The notes: generated by a model from the letters alone, not told the origin. A DNA stretch of 64,000 bases from Octopus vulgaris (GCA_951406725.2 OX597815.1:154628001-154692000); one strand, 5' to 3'. Shown: positions 12,609 to 26,370, counted from the stretch's first letter. Program-made: numbers and translations.

Positions 12609-12810
12609 GTGATGTAAATATGCCATTTGAATATGGCTAACCCCTAAGGGTGGATGCTACTGTAGTTTTTAGCCCCAGGAAGACATCTCCTCCAGCTGGC
12701 TATAGACACACTTTCTGTGCCCTATCCACCCTTAGGGGTTAGCCATATTCAAATGGCATATTTACATCACGACGTGTTTCTGCTACTGTTGATAACTCAC
12801 ACTGATATTT

Positions 12811-12815
<5 letters not shown>
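12609..12815. mobile_element. Inverted fragment of the HHR-bearing 351-bp repeat family (see 26162), inserted in (TA)n
   Basis: Perfect 47-bp inverted repeat (12609-12655 / 12724-12770); sequence closely matches the ends of the 26162-26906 palindrome; TA runs on both sides. Confidence 0.85.
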
Positions 12816-12849
<34 letters not shown>

Positions 12850-12952
12850 GAAATATTAAAATTACTATATATATATATGCATATATATATATATATATAT
12901 AAACGCATGTATATATATATATATGCATGTGTATATATATATATATATATAC

Positions 12953-12989
<37 letters not shown>

Positions 12990-13381
12990 GCTTGAGAGTT
13001 GGGCGTTCTACTAATAAACTTGGAAGTATTTACAATTGTATCAGCAGGTGATTGAAATATCTGTCAAAAATCAAGTAAAATGTTTCAGATAATTATTTAG
13101 CACTTTCAGTTCATTCATGGCAATGTCGCTTCTTAAGAAAACATATATAGTCCTCTGAAATTTGTCGACTCTTATTTGTTATGTCGCTGACACCATCATT
13201 CCATCTGTTCTCCCAAAACGTCACTAAATGCTTGGTGATTCAATAATCTGTATCTTTTTTCTTAATGGTATTATTTTAAAAACTGTTCACAATGTTTGAG
13301 CATTTTGATTTTTTTAATTAGCACAGTCTGTTCTCTTGGCTGAACAATTTCGTTTTCTTCTTCTTCTTCTTCTTCTTCTTC

Positions 13382-13461
<80 letters not shown>

Positions 13462-13464
<3 letters not shown>

Positions 13465-14000
13465 TAGTTTTATTTTTATTTTTATAGCGTGCTTTCACTT
13501 CACTACCGAGCGCAGCTCTGTGTGTCTTGGGTATGTGCTGTGATTTGTTGTGATGCTCTGATGGTTATTGTATGGAAAGTGTTCTGCGTAGGATGTGTGC
13601 AGTGCCTAGTAGTGCAATTTTCTGTATGTTATATGTGTTTGTAAGTCCTGGTGTTTTTGTTATGTATTTGTCTGAATATTTTTTTATCATGCCTAATGCA
13701 CCTACTATGATAGGAATTGTTTCTGTTTTCAGATTCCACATTCTAGTTACCTCTATTTCCAGGTCTTTGTATTTTGAGAGTTTCTCCATTTCTTTTAGAG
13801 ACACGTTGTCATCTGCCGGTACTGATACATCAATTAGAAAGCATTCTTTTTCTTCATGGTCTCTGACAACTATATCTGGTCTGTTGGCCTTAATTTCTCT
13901 ATCTGTGTGTATCGGCATATCCCAGAGTATGGTTGCTTTCTCGTTTTCTGTGACCTTTTCTGGTGTGTGCCTATACCATCTTTTTTCTGTTGTTATTCCA
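13462..14000 (-). mobile_element. 5'-truncated Dong/R4-clade non-LTR retrotransposon in a (TAA)n microsatellite
   Basis: Uninterrupted REL endonuclease C-terminus RPDIVVRD...IDVSVP...EKLSKYKDL...IVGALG (ORF 13565-13918), short 3' UTR, (tta)n on both sides. Confidence 0.92.
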
Positions 14001-14032
<32 letters not shown>

Positions 14033-14055
14033 TTCTTCTTCTTCTTCTTCTTCTT

Positions 14056-14086
<31 letters not shown>

Positions 14087-14102
14087 TTATTATTATTATT
14101 AT

Positions 14103-14150
<48 letters not shown>

Positions 14151-14185
14151 CAGTAGTAGTAGTAGTAGTATTTTTTTATTATTAA
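14001..14185. repeat. Compound (TTA)n/(TTC)n/(TAG)n microsatellite
   Basis: Direct inspection; a similar tract lies at 13355-13461. Confidence 0.95.
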
Positions 14186-14698
14186 TGTTAGCTTGATGTC
14201 TTATTTCGTGATTTGCAATTTTTTTTCGAATTTAATATTTGATATGTGTTCCTATTTTACTCTTTCATAGAATATTGAAAACAGCCATTTGTTTATTTAT
14301 CATTTCTAAAACATCCTCCACTTTCGTATACTTTTGTTTGCAGTGGGGAAACACGTCATTTGAACTCCTAAAAATAAATCCCCATTCTATTGATATTTCG
14401 ATACAAATGAAGTCAGTTGATTTAATATCTCAACACTGGCGTAGCCTTCTCTCCATTCCCTGTTGTAATTGACAATGTTTTCCACAGTTATTCTATGTAT
14501 GCATAGTCTCGCTAAAAAGTATTTTCTGCTCGTTGCTATTGCATTATTTCCACTCTAATCTCTGTTCTCAATGTTTTATAAACATTAATATGAATAATGT
14601 CTTATCCAGGATTACAGATTCATTTTAAGAGATCCTTGCGTTGTCGGCATTAGACCGGAATTATTTTTTCCATTAGATATAAACAATAATACCGATAA

Positions 14699-14753
<55 letters not shown>

Positions 14754-15488
14754 GCTGCAAAAAAATAAATAAATAAAAGAATTGCTTCTGCATTAACCAA
14801 TATGAATTCTGCTTGCCAGACGCCTTGCTTCGGTCTACGCTTGATCAAGTACTGCATCTCTGACAAGGAAGTGAGCTGCAGAAAATTGAGTCTGACAAAC
14901 GTCGACCTCAGCGCATGCTTACGCATCATTAGCCACGGAATGCTCATTCATCGATACAACGGCTACCGACAACAAGTGAAGCGCATGACCGTCAGAACCC
15001 AACCCCTCTACACACACATATATGCATATACATATAAATATATATACATTCACACATAGACTTATGTGTGCGTGTGCGTTTGCGTGTCCAACTTTACAGG
15101 GGTACTGTTTGATATTTCAGTCGTCTTCCGTTGTGATTACAAAAATGTTCTACTTGACCTTTCACATGGCGACTGTTGCGTGTGATGATAACGCTTTCAA
15201 GTCTATGTAAGAGTTTCCAGACCATCACTCATATCGTATCACTTTCAAATTTGTTGAGTTATTTTTATGAGTTTTAGTTTATGTATGAACAGCTCTGATA
15301 TTGATAACGGAGACAATAACGATTAATACCCTGTCTATTGCCGCTGACTATGTTCGTTGATACAGTTGCTATTGTTAGCGCAGTTATTTTTGTTGTCCCT
15401 CCCCTCTTTGTTTTTTATATTTTTTGAAGTGAGTTGTTTTTATATGGAGTTTAGTAAATGTGTTCAGTATTTTAAAACAAAATCGTTC

Positions 15489-15872
15489 TATGTGGTAAGT
15501 AGCTTGCTTACAAACCATATGGATCCAGGTTCAGTCCCACTGCGTGGCACCTTGGGCAAAATGTGTTCTACTATAGCCTCGGACCGACCAAAGCCTGTGA
15601 GTGGATTTGGTAGACAGAAACTGAAATAAGCACGTCGTATATATGTATATATATATATATATGTATGCGTGTGTGTCTGTGTTTGTCACCCCAACATCAC
15701 TTGACAATCGATGCTGGTGTGTTTACGTCCCCGTAATTTAGCGGTTCGGCAAAAGAGACCTTTAGGAATAAGTACTAGGCTTACAAATAATAAGTCCCAG
15801 GGTCGATTTGCTTGACTAAAGGCGGTGCTCCAGCATGGCCACAGTCAAATGACTGAAACAAGTAAAAGAGTA
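15489..15872 (+). mobile_element. SINE family A (tRNA head, CORE-like gcaccttgggcaa, internal TA/TG microsatellite)
   Basis: A-box-like tgtggtaagtagc, B-box-like ggttcagtccc, CORE-like segment, 3' end ggccacagtcaaatgactgaaacaagtaaaag; resembles octopus OR1/OR2-type CORE-SINEs (from memory, not searched). Confidence 0.9.
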
Positions 15873-16458
15873 TAGGTTATAGTTGTCAATCTCGGATGTC
15901 GTTAGTCGAACGATTTCAGTTCGATCAGCCTTGAATACGTGACCAATTCCCATTTATGGCAAATCACGCCGGTGCAAATCACATGTGGTGTGTATTGGCT
16001 CTTATCATAAACTTTCCCTCAAACTCGAGATCTCAAAACTATACTTAAATGACTATACAATCAATTTGTCTTGGACAACATAAAGATAGACTTGGTTACT
16101 CTAGTCAAGGAAATTTTTTCGACCATATCTTCTCTGTGCCTGAATAACATGCTATTAGTACATTTAAAGATAAAAAGTTACTATCAATACTAAAAGTTAC
16201 AATGTTTGATGGTCTACAATGATCATTGATACAAGGCAAAGATTAACTTAGCTTTCTATTAAAATAATCAGAAAAGACCTCATCTCTATATTATTGGGTA
16301 TACAAAGACCGGCTATCAGCTAGGAATGAATCAATTATTGAAGTAATCGTTCGGTAAATCAATCAGTCAATTAGGTTTGTCAGCAGTCTTTGCGTCAACA
16401 TTAAACAAGTTGTTGAAACATGTATAGTACTGGAAGCCTCAAAAGTTTTCTTATCTAA

Positions 16459-16515
<57 letters not shown>

Positions 16516-17301
16516 CACATGTGTGTGTACGTGTGTGTATGTGTGTGTATACACGCGTGTGTTTATTTTGGCATAATGACCCTCCCAATAAATAACAAAG
16601 CTTTCAACAACTATTCTTCAGTATTTTATTTAAGGTAGGTACGCTACTCACTCTACATATTATTTGCAATCGATCACTTCTGCGCACTCTTTTATGAACA
16701 TTATATAAACATTGTTAATCTGAAATGTAATGGTCAATATATTCTCGTTGCTCTTCAGCTCTAAGCTTTCATATGATATATTTTATTTAACGATTTCTCT
16801 GCTATGCGCAAAAGATTATATGATAGCGTATTGATGGCACAGTATGTCCACTTTAATTTAGAATCAACTGATCAGCATGGTCACCTAAATATTAATATCT
16901 GGTATATTTATTCTTTCATCTTGTTAAACCCTGTCGTAAGAAATTCTTGCTTCGCTCTCTACTTACTTTGTGGCGCTTATATCCACAAACTGCATCTTAT
17001 TTCTTTTTGACGACGTTAATGCCTCTTCGGTCCAAATTTTACAACCTGTTTACACAAATATGCCTGTTTGATCCTAATTCCGTACAATCAGCTCTGCATT
17101 TTCCATAAATAGGAAAAATATTGATTTTATTATTTTCCCCTTTCCTAACATATCCATCTTTACTCTAGGCAATATTCATGTTTACGATATCATACACAAA
17201 ATATTAATAATGATATTATATATCCTGGTGAGCTCGCAACTTATAATGGCGGTGCCCCAGCATGGCCACAGCTTGTGAGCTGAAACTAAATAAATAAATA
17301 A

Positions 17302-17335
<34 letters not shown>

Positions 17336-18429
17336 GTACATACATACATATATATTGATATTAATAATGCTTACATCTTCAAATTTTTGTTATTTCCTTT
17401 CCACTCGATTCATAAATTTTCCTAACGTATTCACGTATTTAAACTTACAGCATTGGCATAATCATTCTGTAACAAATTTTCAAACAAATTACATGTTGAA
17501 CATGAAGTTATTGATTGTCACTCTTTGTTCTTTTATGTATTTTGTGCATAACATTTGAACCGATGCTATTAATCCTAGTATTTTTATGTATTTATATATA
17601 ATTGTTTCTGCTTTTATATCTGCTTGTGCAAAGGTATGGCCCACAGTCATCGTTGTGCAAAGGTATGCGTCCACAGTCATCGTTGGCCTAGATTGTTCAA
17701 CTAATAATATTCTGTTTAAAATTTTGCATGTTGATACAAGCAGGAAAACAAGAGCTCGAACGAGATACAGAGGGATGATGTTATAGGAAGGAAGGGGTGT
17801 GTGTATAAGCAAATGCAGCGCCTGGATAAATTGAATAACGGAAGGATAAACGGAAAGGATAAATTGAATAACGGAAAGATAAAAGAATAACGGAAGGATA
17901 AGCAAGTCGGTAGAGGCTGATTGGAGGTGTGACAAAAACATCCAGCTCAAAGAAGAACAGGGTATTGTAGTTGCAACAGAAAGGAGACAGACAGCATGTC
18001 TCTTGGCGGTGCCATTCGCTAGACCGGCCTTCCTTTCAATGTGGTCTAAGGCGTCAGAGTATTCAGGAACAGTACTGTTCTCGGTGCAGGTACAACGCCC
18101 CATTGTAAATATTGCTCTCGCATCTTTGATTTGTAAAGGGTCAGTAAAAATCACGGATAGTTTTAGCTATGATACGGATTTATTCTGAGATTGGATACCA
18201 CGGTATTAGTGAAGCCTAAGTTTTGGAATGATCATGAGAGTCCTAAATTGCATATAACTAACGTGAGCGTGTATGTGTGTGTTTGCCTGTGTATGTTTAC
18301 TGCTGAAAGAGACAAAATTGTTCAAGGACAATTGGAGGTTGATTTCAGAGGTTTCTCCTCATGAAGTCGGTGCATACTTTGTGTGTGATCTAAAACATAT
18401 TTGGATGTTCTGCTTCTCGTTGTTCTAAT

Positions 18430-18578
18430 TTCTTCTTCTTCTTCTTCTTCTTCTTCTTCTTCTTCTTCTTCTTCTTCTTCTTCTTCTTCTTCTTCTTCTT
18501 CTTCTTCTTCTTCTTCTTCTTTTTCTTCCTCTTCTTTTTCTTCTTCTTCTTCCTCTTCTTCTTCTTTTCCTTCTTCTT

Positions 18579-18637
<59 letters not shown>
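18430..18637. repeat. (TTC)n/(TTA)n microsatellite
   Basis: Direct inspection. Confidence 0.95.
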
Positions 18638-20099
18638 CGATCATGCTCTTAGCACTGATTATTAATAAAGTCTACGATTTATTTGGATTTTACTTATTTC
18701 CCTCTTCATAATTATTTCGACTTAGTGAACAATGGTTCGTATGTATATATATTTCTGCTTATATGATTATATTTTCCATCCGTCTCAGGTTCATTTCTTT
18801 ATCGATCTCAACATGTCCTGGATTATTGTAGCCTACACATTATTACATACCAAATAATATATTTATTTACCACACATTTATGTATTGATGATTCAGTATA
18901 TTAGGCAGTGAACAGAGCTCTTTAGCTACTCATACAAAGACTTGTATTCAGTGTGTCTAGGGTTATATTAAGTGGTTATTTGATGACGTCCATAATATAT
19001 TTGAACTGAACCGCTTAGGAAATCAACTTAGTTTTCTACTTGCTTGTAGTTCTGATTAGCTCCTGTGTTCCTAATGCAAAATTATAAATTTCCGTGGGGG
19101 GCAAAGGAAGCTGTATTCGTTTTAAGCAGAGAGTTATGTATCGTTTGTGGATCCAGTTAACCTAAAGGTTGTATTTGTGTCGAAATTGTTTTAGAATCAA
19201 GTATATCAAGTGTTTATAAATTGGAAATAAAGATGCAAGTCATGTAAAGGTAAAGCAAGCAATGTTACAATTTCATTTCAAGATATTATGTTCACAAAAG
19301 CAGTATTGTGAATTGGTAAACTGTAAGAATGAAGGTGAATGAAAGAATATGTGATAGACTACATTACTGTAAACATCTTAGTTAAAACAAATGAAAAATC
19401 AAACGTTTGGCAAAATTAATTGTAAAAAAGAGCGCTTCGGAAATATACATGCAAAGTCTCCTTGAGTGTTTTGTTGTATTTCATGAGGGCCATTATACCA
19501 ATAATAAACATAAGTACCGGTTCGACATGACTTCTTTATTATATCATTGATCGACTGGTTAACTATGTAACCATTTAACAGATCGATTGTTTGATTTATT
19601 TTTGGTTTGAATATTTCATTAACCATTTGATTAATCAATTAATCAGTAATAATGACCAAAGTCCTTTTGTCGCAATTTGCAATTTCATCGATGACATACC
19701 ATTTCTACTACAAGCCAGGTCTAACTCTGTCTGCCTTTTAAAAAGTAGTATATAATATAATGGATATCATTCAATAATATAATGGATATCATTCAATTTG
19801 TTAACTGTAACATCATGGAGAATTTTGAAACCTTACATATTATTGGTGGATGTGAAATGATATTAAACAATACATTATTATATGCAGGTAGAACCTCTGA
19901 TAAGCTATACGCAAACGTACATACGCAATAAATCTTAATAAAAGCGTATGCACACAGGCATAACATATATCATACACACAAATATACTCTTCCACTACAA
20001 TATAATTATCTATCTATTATATTTATTCATACATATATGCATACATACACTCTCAAACACATACGCGCACAAACGCTTACGATATATGCATCCATGCAT

Positions 20100-21600
20100 T
20101 GCCTTTTGCTAGCAGGATGCCTGCTTCTCCTTGAAGCTTCTGTTCAAGTACGCCAGTCATTTCTTCTTGGTGTCACATGAGACAATTATATACTCAGAAT
20201 ACCTGCACTAATTCTTCTCCAAAACTGAAGATGTTGCTGCTTTCACTTTTGAGTATGCATTGGATGTACTCAATTCTTTATTTACTGTTTAGTAGGCGTA
20301 ATGTGAGTGATATAATGTGACATTCAAAGGCTGTTTGGACTGATCTTATGCCTCTTCTGCCATCACTTCGTCTTACATAGATTCTAATGGTGTCGCTGTT
20401 AATGTGGAAGTTGCCTGTAGTGGCCAGTACCGTTCTAGCGTTGATATCCAGGCTGCATATTTCGTCAAATGTCCAGTCCGATATTCCACGTGTTGATACT
20501 AGCTCTGCTACTGCAAAAGCATTCTGAGATATGGTCTTGTTGAATGTAAGCAATTCTGATTTCCGTAATTGCCAGAGCCTATAAAAATACTCTTTTTATT
20601 GTGGCTTTACTCATAGCACCAACGTATGCAATATTCTCATCGATTCCGAGATACTTGTAGATTTTATCATTAGAAATAGGGAAGAGACAAGCCATTGATG
20701 AACTTGTTGTCTCTCTGGTGGACAATCTTTCCTCGGTTGACTATCATGTAGGAGCATTTATCTTCTGCAAACTCCATTTTCGTGTCTCGTGAGACTATTT
20801 CTAATTGTCTCTTGATTTTAATCCTGTTATCAGAATACAACTTTAGGTCATCAAAACAAAAATATGTGGGTGACATTAATTTTATTCCTTTCTGCATATC
20901 ATGTAGCATTTGCATTTTGTTTACAGGGCTGACCAGGAGTTCACTGCCAGTATAATCAGCATAACATATAATGTATCATCCTGGAATATGCCAGCTGACA
21001 GCTTAATTCTGTTTGTAACGATAGGTGTTGTTTTAGTAGGTGTCAGTGATATCAGTGTGAACCATATTGCAGTCTGTCTTTCAATAGCATTCACTATAGC
21101 AGTTGATAATTTGGTAAGGTGTAGTGATACTATCATCTATGAATGAGGCACAGAATCGAACATCTTGTAGTTTAGTCATAATGTTAAGAGATTACGATGT
21201 CGTTTACCTTCTTTAAGGACAACTTTACTGACAAACGGTTCAGCACAGCCCCAGAATCGTTTCCTACCACCTGTCCTTTCCTCATTTATCACACCATTTG
21301 TCTTGCAGTGGTCTGAAGAATATTCAGAAAACCTATGTATAGTCTGTACATAATATTCAAGCATACAATGGGCCTGTATGTTTTGACCATATAAATCCCT
21401 TTGTTCTTGGAGATAAGAGTAGTCCTTGAAACTGTCAGTCAATCTGGTATATCCAGTTCAGCATTCAATGTTTTTATGAAAAGGATCATAAGAATTTCCC
21501 ATGTAGAACGTGAGCATTTTGTACCGGTAACCTACTACCAAATCTCTCCCAGGAGATTTTTCTATTCGGTAGATACATATTACCCGTCAGAATGGAATAC
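20100..21600 (-). mobile_element. R4/Dong-like non-LTR retrotransposon RT remnant
   Basis: GIFQDDTL (GIFQGDSL), FCFDDLKLYS (FxDDLKLY), MEFAEDKCSY, GNFHINSDTIRIYVRRSDGRRGI; many frameshifts. Confidence 0.85.
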
Positions 21601-21628
21601 TCCTGATGGTTATTGTATGTATGTATGT

Positions 21629-22181
21629 GTCAGGTCACTTTCGAGTGCTACTAGTAACAGGTAACCCAGTACAACCTGTTGCATGGTCGGGCCGTCGGCG
21701 ACTAAACCGGCAACCTCACCAAGCTTGCTTGGTGGGGAAGTTGTTTATTGGACACCCTGCGGGATGAAAAACAAAACCTGTTAAAGGGCGGAGGAACTCT
21801 TGAGAGTCAACGGCCATCCAATAAATGTCTTAAGGCTGTATCATGCGCGGGGACATAGAAATAATCGGACTGAATACCCGATCGCGCGGGTAAATCATTG
21901 GGAGTGAAGGACTCCTAGCCTTTGTTAGGGCATCCTTCTAGGAGAAGGTAAGTCAGGTAACTGGGACAACTCCGACATAAAATCTGCGGCACAGTGGTTA
22001 CCGATGAAGTTGACTTGTTCTTCTTTTCGGATTATGGCTGCTGTTGCTTAGTGAGTGGGATTGACTCAGTGCACAGCCTTTCCTCACTTTAAAAAAATCT
22101 TCTTGCACAGGCATTGCACGATAACAACATTGATTAAGCTTCATGCAATGGCCATACTCGATAACGAGGGGGCAGCCACTG
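21629..22181 (+). mobile_element. ~550-bp GC-richer non-autonomous element resembling an RTE-clade 5' UTR, flanked by (TATG)n
   Basis: Sharp compositional change; gcatccttctaggagaaggtaa resembles the RTE 5'-UTR 'ctaggagaagg' motif; hairpin cctcaccaagc-tt-gcttggtgggg at 21714-21737. Confidence 0.5.
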
Positions 22182-22274
22182 CATGTATGTATATATGTAT
22201 ATATGTATGCATGTATGTATATATGTATGCATGTATATTTGCATATATGTATATATGCCTCTTCTATATTTTAA

Positions 22275-23550
22275 TTTTTATAAATCTTCCACTGAGCCAG
22301 TTTCCAACAAAGACACAAGATTCCATCTTTGAGATGTAGTTAACACAGACGAAATTACATTTGGAACTTGAAAAAAGTCTTGCATATTTTTACTGTTCCA
22401 CTCAAAGATTGCATTTCTAATGTACGAAATTGCCGGTCGATTTCTCTTTCTGAAATTACCAGTTGATCCAGACTCTCCTTTAAGCATTTTCTAACTCACC
22501 CTACTGTTCTAATTATTATTGGTATGAATATGAATTGATAGTCTGAATATAGAAGCTTGAGGTTTCGAAACAGTTGTCGATAGATATCCTCTTTTTCTTT
22601 AACTTTCACAGACATATTTATATATGCAGGGCAGCTGGCCTCTATGATGGTACATTTTTGTATGCTGAGTAATTTCCATCCAGGTCTTCTCTGAGGTAAA
22701 AGAGCCCAGCTGTTTTGAGGCTGTAGAGATCATCAGAAAGAGAGCTTACTGCCAACTCGAGAGAGCTTACTGCCAACTCGAGAGAGCTTACTGCCAACTC
22801 GTACAATGTTGCTCACTTCATTTTTCCGCACTGCATTTATATATATTTATTTCTGCAACTGTTGATTAGCAGGTACTCCCTGAATGATACCATACGATTA
22901 TTTGAAAGCCGTCTGCACTGACCTCAGGCCTCTACCACATTCATTTCTTCTAAACTAGAGCTTGTTAACATCATTGTTTGTGTGGAAGTTCCCAGTTGTT
23001 GTCAGGATTTTGCGGGGTTTTATATCTACGGAGTGGATTTTCTCTACAGAGCAATCAAATATTCCAAATGTTTGGATCAGCACTGGTACTGAAAATGCAT
23101 TGTAGGATATTATTTTATTGTAAGAGGGGAGTTCCGACTGCCATATGTTCTTAACTCTGGTGTAATATTCTCGGATCACTTTATTTTTATTCCCAGTGCC
23201 TTTATATGATACATTTTCGTCTATGCGTAAGTACTTGTAGCATTCTTTGTGTGGAATGGGGGAAATAGAAATACCTTTAATGCAAAGGATTTGGGTTTGG
23301 GGGAGAGACGTTCCTCGTTCTATAACCAAATATGAACATTTCTTTTGGCAAAATTTCATCCCTGCATCAGCTGAAAATGCTGTTATTAATTCTAGTTATT
23401 TTTTTTTGGAATTGTTAACACTTTTAGCATATATCTTCAGGTCGTCTACAAAGAAATTATGAGTTACATTGATATTTCTAGTAGTTGAAGATCCTAGCGT
23501 ATAACCATTTGTTTTCTGCAGTAGGAACAATAATGGATTCAGTGCCAAAA
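22275..23550 (-). mobile_element. R4/Dong-like element fragments (RT, REL C-terminus and 3' UTR)
   Basis: ORF 22955-23359 (KFCQKKCSYLVIERG...YKYLRIDE...ILTTTGNFH), FVDDLKIY near 23430-23455, and the REL region IEASCP...IYRQLFRNL at 22500-22650. Confidence 0.85.
22740..22801. repeat. Three copies of a ~20-21-bp unit (agagcttactgccaactcg)
   Basis: Direct inspection. Confidence 0.9.
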
Positions 23551-24807
23551 TGAAAAGATGCATGCATGCAAGTATGTATGTATGTATGTATGTATGTATG
23601 TATGTATGTATGTATGTATGTATGTATGTGTATGTATGTATATATGTATGTGTGTATATGTATGTTTGTATGTATGCATGTATGTATGCGTGTATGTGTG
23701 TGTATGTATGTGCATATAAGTTTCTTTTATCTTTTATCTTTTACTTGGACTGCGGCCATGCTGGAGCACCGCCTTGGATACATCTTTCTCTGTATTTCTA
23801 TATAAGTTTCGGAAGTGTTGTGTCTCTCAAATAGTGTGTTGAATAAGATATTTCCGTATTTCCGAAGAATGATATTTGCTAATAACACACAGCTAAACCT
23901 ATTGTTGTTTACTTCCATCTTCACTAATTAATCTATTTCCTATAACATTTTCGTTGACCTTAGCAATGTTTAATACTGAAACAGCAAACATTTCATATCT
24001 GCTGACTTATCCAGTTTTAATTTTGTAAAGTTATGTGTGTACGAATGCCCATGTGTGTGAGTATGTGTGTATTTATGTGTCCTTCCCTTCGCGTACACGC
24101 GCGTGCGTATGTGTGTGTGTCTGTGTGAATGTGTGTGCACGTACGTGCCTGCGTTTATGTCTGTCGGTGTGAATGTGTGTGCACGTACGAGCCTGCGTGT
24201 AAGAATGTGTAACATTATCTTTAGAGGATGAAACGTGATTCTATTTGACTGTGGGATATCATATTTTCATGTTGTTTTTATAACTTAATGAGGTAAAGAC
24301 TGTGAACTGGTAGCATATTAACCTTGCCTGACAAACGAGCTTAGTGGTATTTCGTCCAGCTCTATGTTTCGAGCTCAAAATTTGTCAACTTTGCCGAATT
24401 CTTGATTGTTGAAATCGACTTACAGTCTCGTCACAAAATTTCAGATCTTGTGTTCTATAAAAGAAAAATTACTTAACCGAGAAGAGCAGCGCTATAACAG
24501 TTTTCGGAGACTAGACATCATTGTACAAGGTAGTACACAAGGACAAGGCAGTGAGGTTAAACGGATCAATTGTATCACTCGTGGAGGCCACGGCAGAATT
24601 TAAACTGAGAACGGGAAAAGCCAGATTGCACATTGATTTCATATTTTGGCTCAAGGTTTGCAAGTACTGGGAATGGGACAAGTCGATTGAATCGACCCCA
24701 GAACTCGACTGTTACTTATTTCCTCGATATCCGAAAGTATGTAATTCAATGTCGACCTCGGAAAAATTTAAACTCAGAACATAAAGACAGACGAAATGCC
24801 GCTAAGG

Positions 24808-24984
24808 GGCGCATGAGTGGCTGTGTGGTAAGTAGCTTGCTTACCAGCCACATGGTTCCGGGTTCAGTCCGACTGCGTGGCACCTTGGCCAAGTGTCTTC
24901 TACTATAGCCTCAGGCAGACCAAAGCCTTGTGAGTGGATTTGGTAGATGAAAACTGAAAGAAGCCCGTCGTATATATGCATATA

Positions 24985-25057
<73 letters not shown>

Positions 25058-25160
25058 GTATGCGTGTATATGTTTGTGTGTCTGTGTTTGTACCCCCAAC
25101 ATTGCTTCACAGCCGATGCCGGTGTGTTTACGTCCCCGTACCTTAGCGGTGTAGCAAAAG
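24808..25160 (+). mobile_element. SINE family A, 3'-truncated, abutting a minus-strand family B fragment (~24660-24806)
   Basis: ggcgcatgagtggctgtgtggtaagtagcttgc...ggttcagtcc...gcaccttggccaagtg, with an internal (TA)n tract. Confidence 0.9.
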
Positions 25161-26325
25161 GCGCCAATATGATGATTACAAGTGATGCCGTACTGGTGGC
25201 TTAACTTGATTAAATCTTTCGACTTGGTGCCCCACCTTGACTGCAACCCAATAAATGAAATAATTAAAAGAATATAACAGAAGATAGAAGATTCTACTTG
25301 TCTGAAGAATTACATTATTTATTGACTCATGAGATTTGAACTCAGTTGGATATAATTTGGGAGAGATTTGGCTGCTATTTCTAGTATATTGAACAACTAT
25401 ATAGAGATTCCTTTCTAAATTATACACATACTTGAGCACTAGTTTAATCGTGATAGAGAAAACCCATTATCAAAGTCGTTACAGCCTTGACAATTCATCA
25501 CTTGTTCCACAGTCACAGCCAGCATTTTACTAATGTGTTCTTCCTTCTTTAAAAAAGCTCTGAGGAAGAAACTGAAGAAGACTTAGCAGTAGTTTCTTGT
25601 AGTTTCTCTCGTTGGATCGTATTTACATTGTGATATTGGTTTGATGAGTATTAATTTTTTTTTTCTTTTAAATTTGATTTATATTTATTACTGCTTGATT
25701 GTTTTGATTATGACCAGGATATATGTTTGTTGTTTGAAAGACATCACAAATGGCTATACGAGGAAGAAGTATAACTGTGCAACGCTCGTAACTTGACAAA
25801 TGGTATCTAAGGTGTCGGAAATCAATTCGTATGCATTGTCACTCCATGGTTTCATATTATGTTTGTTTTATTTCACTTCTCTAGCGTTTCCTTACCTTTC
25901 ATTTTTCTCTTGCTTGTTTAGTTTAGTATAACGTCAGTGTAATTTATCTAACACACACACACATGTATATATATATATATAATCATATCAAAAGGAAATG
26001 GAATCCACTTGTGGTATTCAACACGCTAGAAAGAACAGCTAGTTTCTATAACCACATTTTTCTTTGATATCATTAAATAGTGTAAGTTTTTGAATAATTA
26101 TATTAAAAAGGATCCGTAAAACACTTCGTGACGTATAACACTTCGTGACGTAAAACACATCATGACGTATATTTACCATTTGAATATGACTAACCCCTAA
26201 GGGTGAATGCTACTGTAGTTTGTAGCCCCAGGAGGACACCTCCTCCAGCTGGCTATAGACACACTTTCTGTGCCCTATCAGTATTTGCAAAGGGAAGCCA
26301 TCCTTCTCGTTTTCAACTCATGATG

Positions 26326-26370
26326 CACAGGGACTCGAGTTTCAGGGTATTGACCCGTCATCGGCGTGTG
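26326..26370 (-). ncRNA. Minimal type I hammerhead ribozyme, variant copy
   Basis: Minus strand reads cacacg CCGATGA cgggt-caat-accct GAAAC tcga GTC cctgtg; U4C core change and one stem I mismatch. Confidence 0.6.

Noticed and set aside
16585-16630. Minus-strand CTGAAGA...GAAAGCTT hammerhead-like motif
   Set aside because: No credible stem II and only a weak AU stem I; at best a decayed pLTR.
17489-18154. Longest ORF in the track (221 aa, minus strand)
   Set aside because: No recognisable domain, contains internal tandem repeats (30-bp unit at ~17625-17685 and aacggaaggataa repeats) and has a non-ATG start; more likely TE-derived non-coding sequence.
22690-22740. Minus-strand CTGATGA...aaaacagctg motif
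   Set aside because: Lacks GAAA and stem II, and lies within the R4-like element fragment.
25555-25610. CTGAGGA followed by an agaaact/agtttct stem
   Set aside because: No GAAA or NUH after the stem; cannot be completed as a hammerhead.
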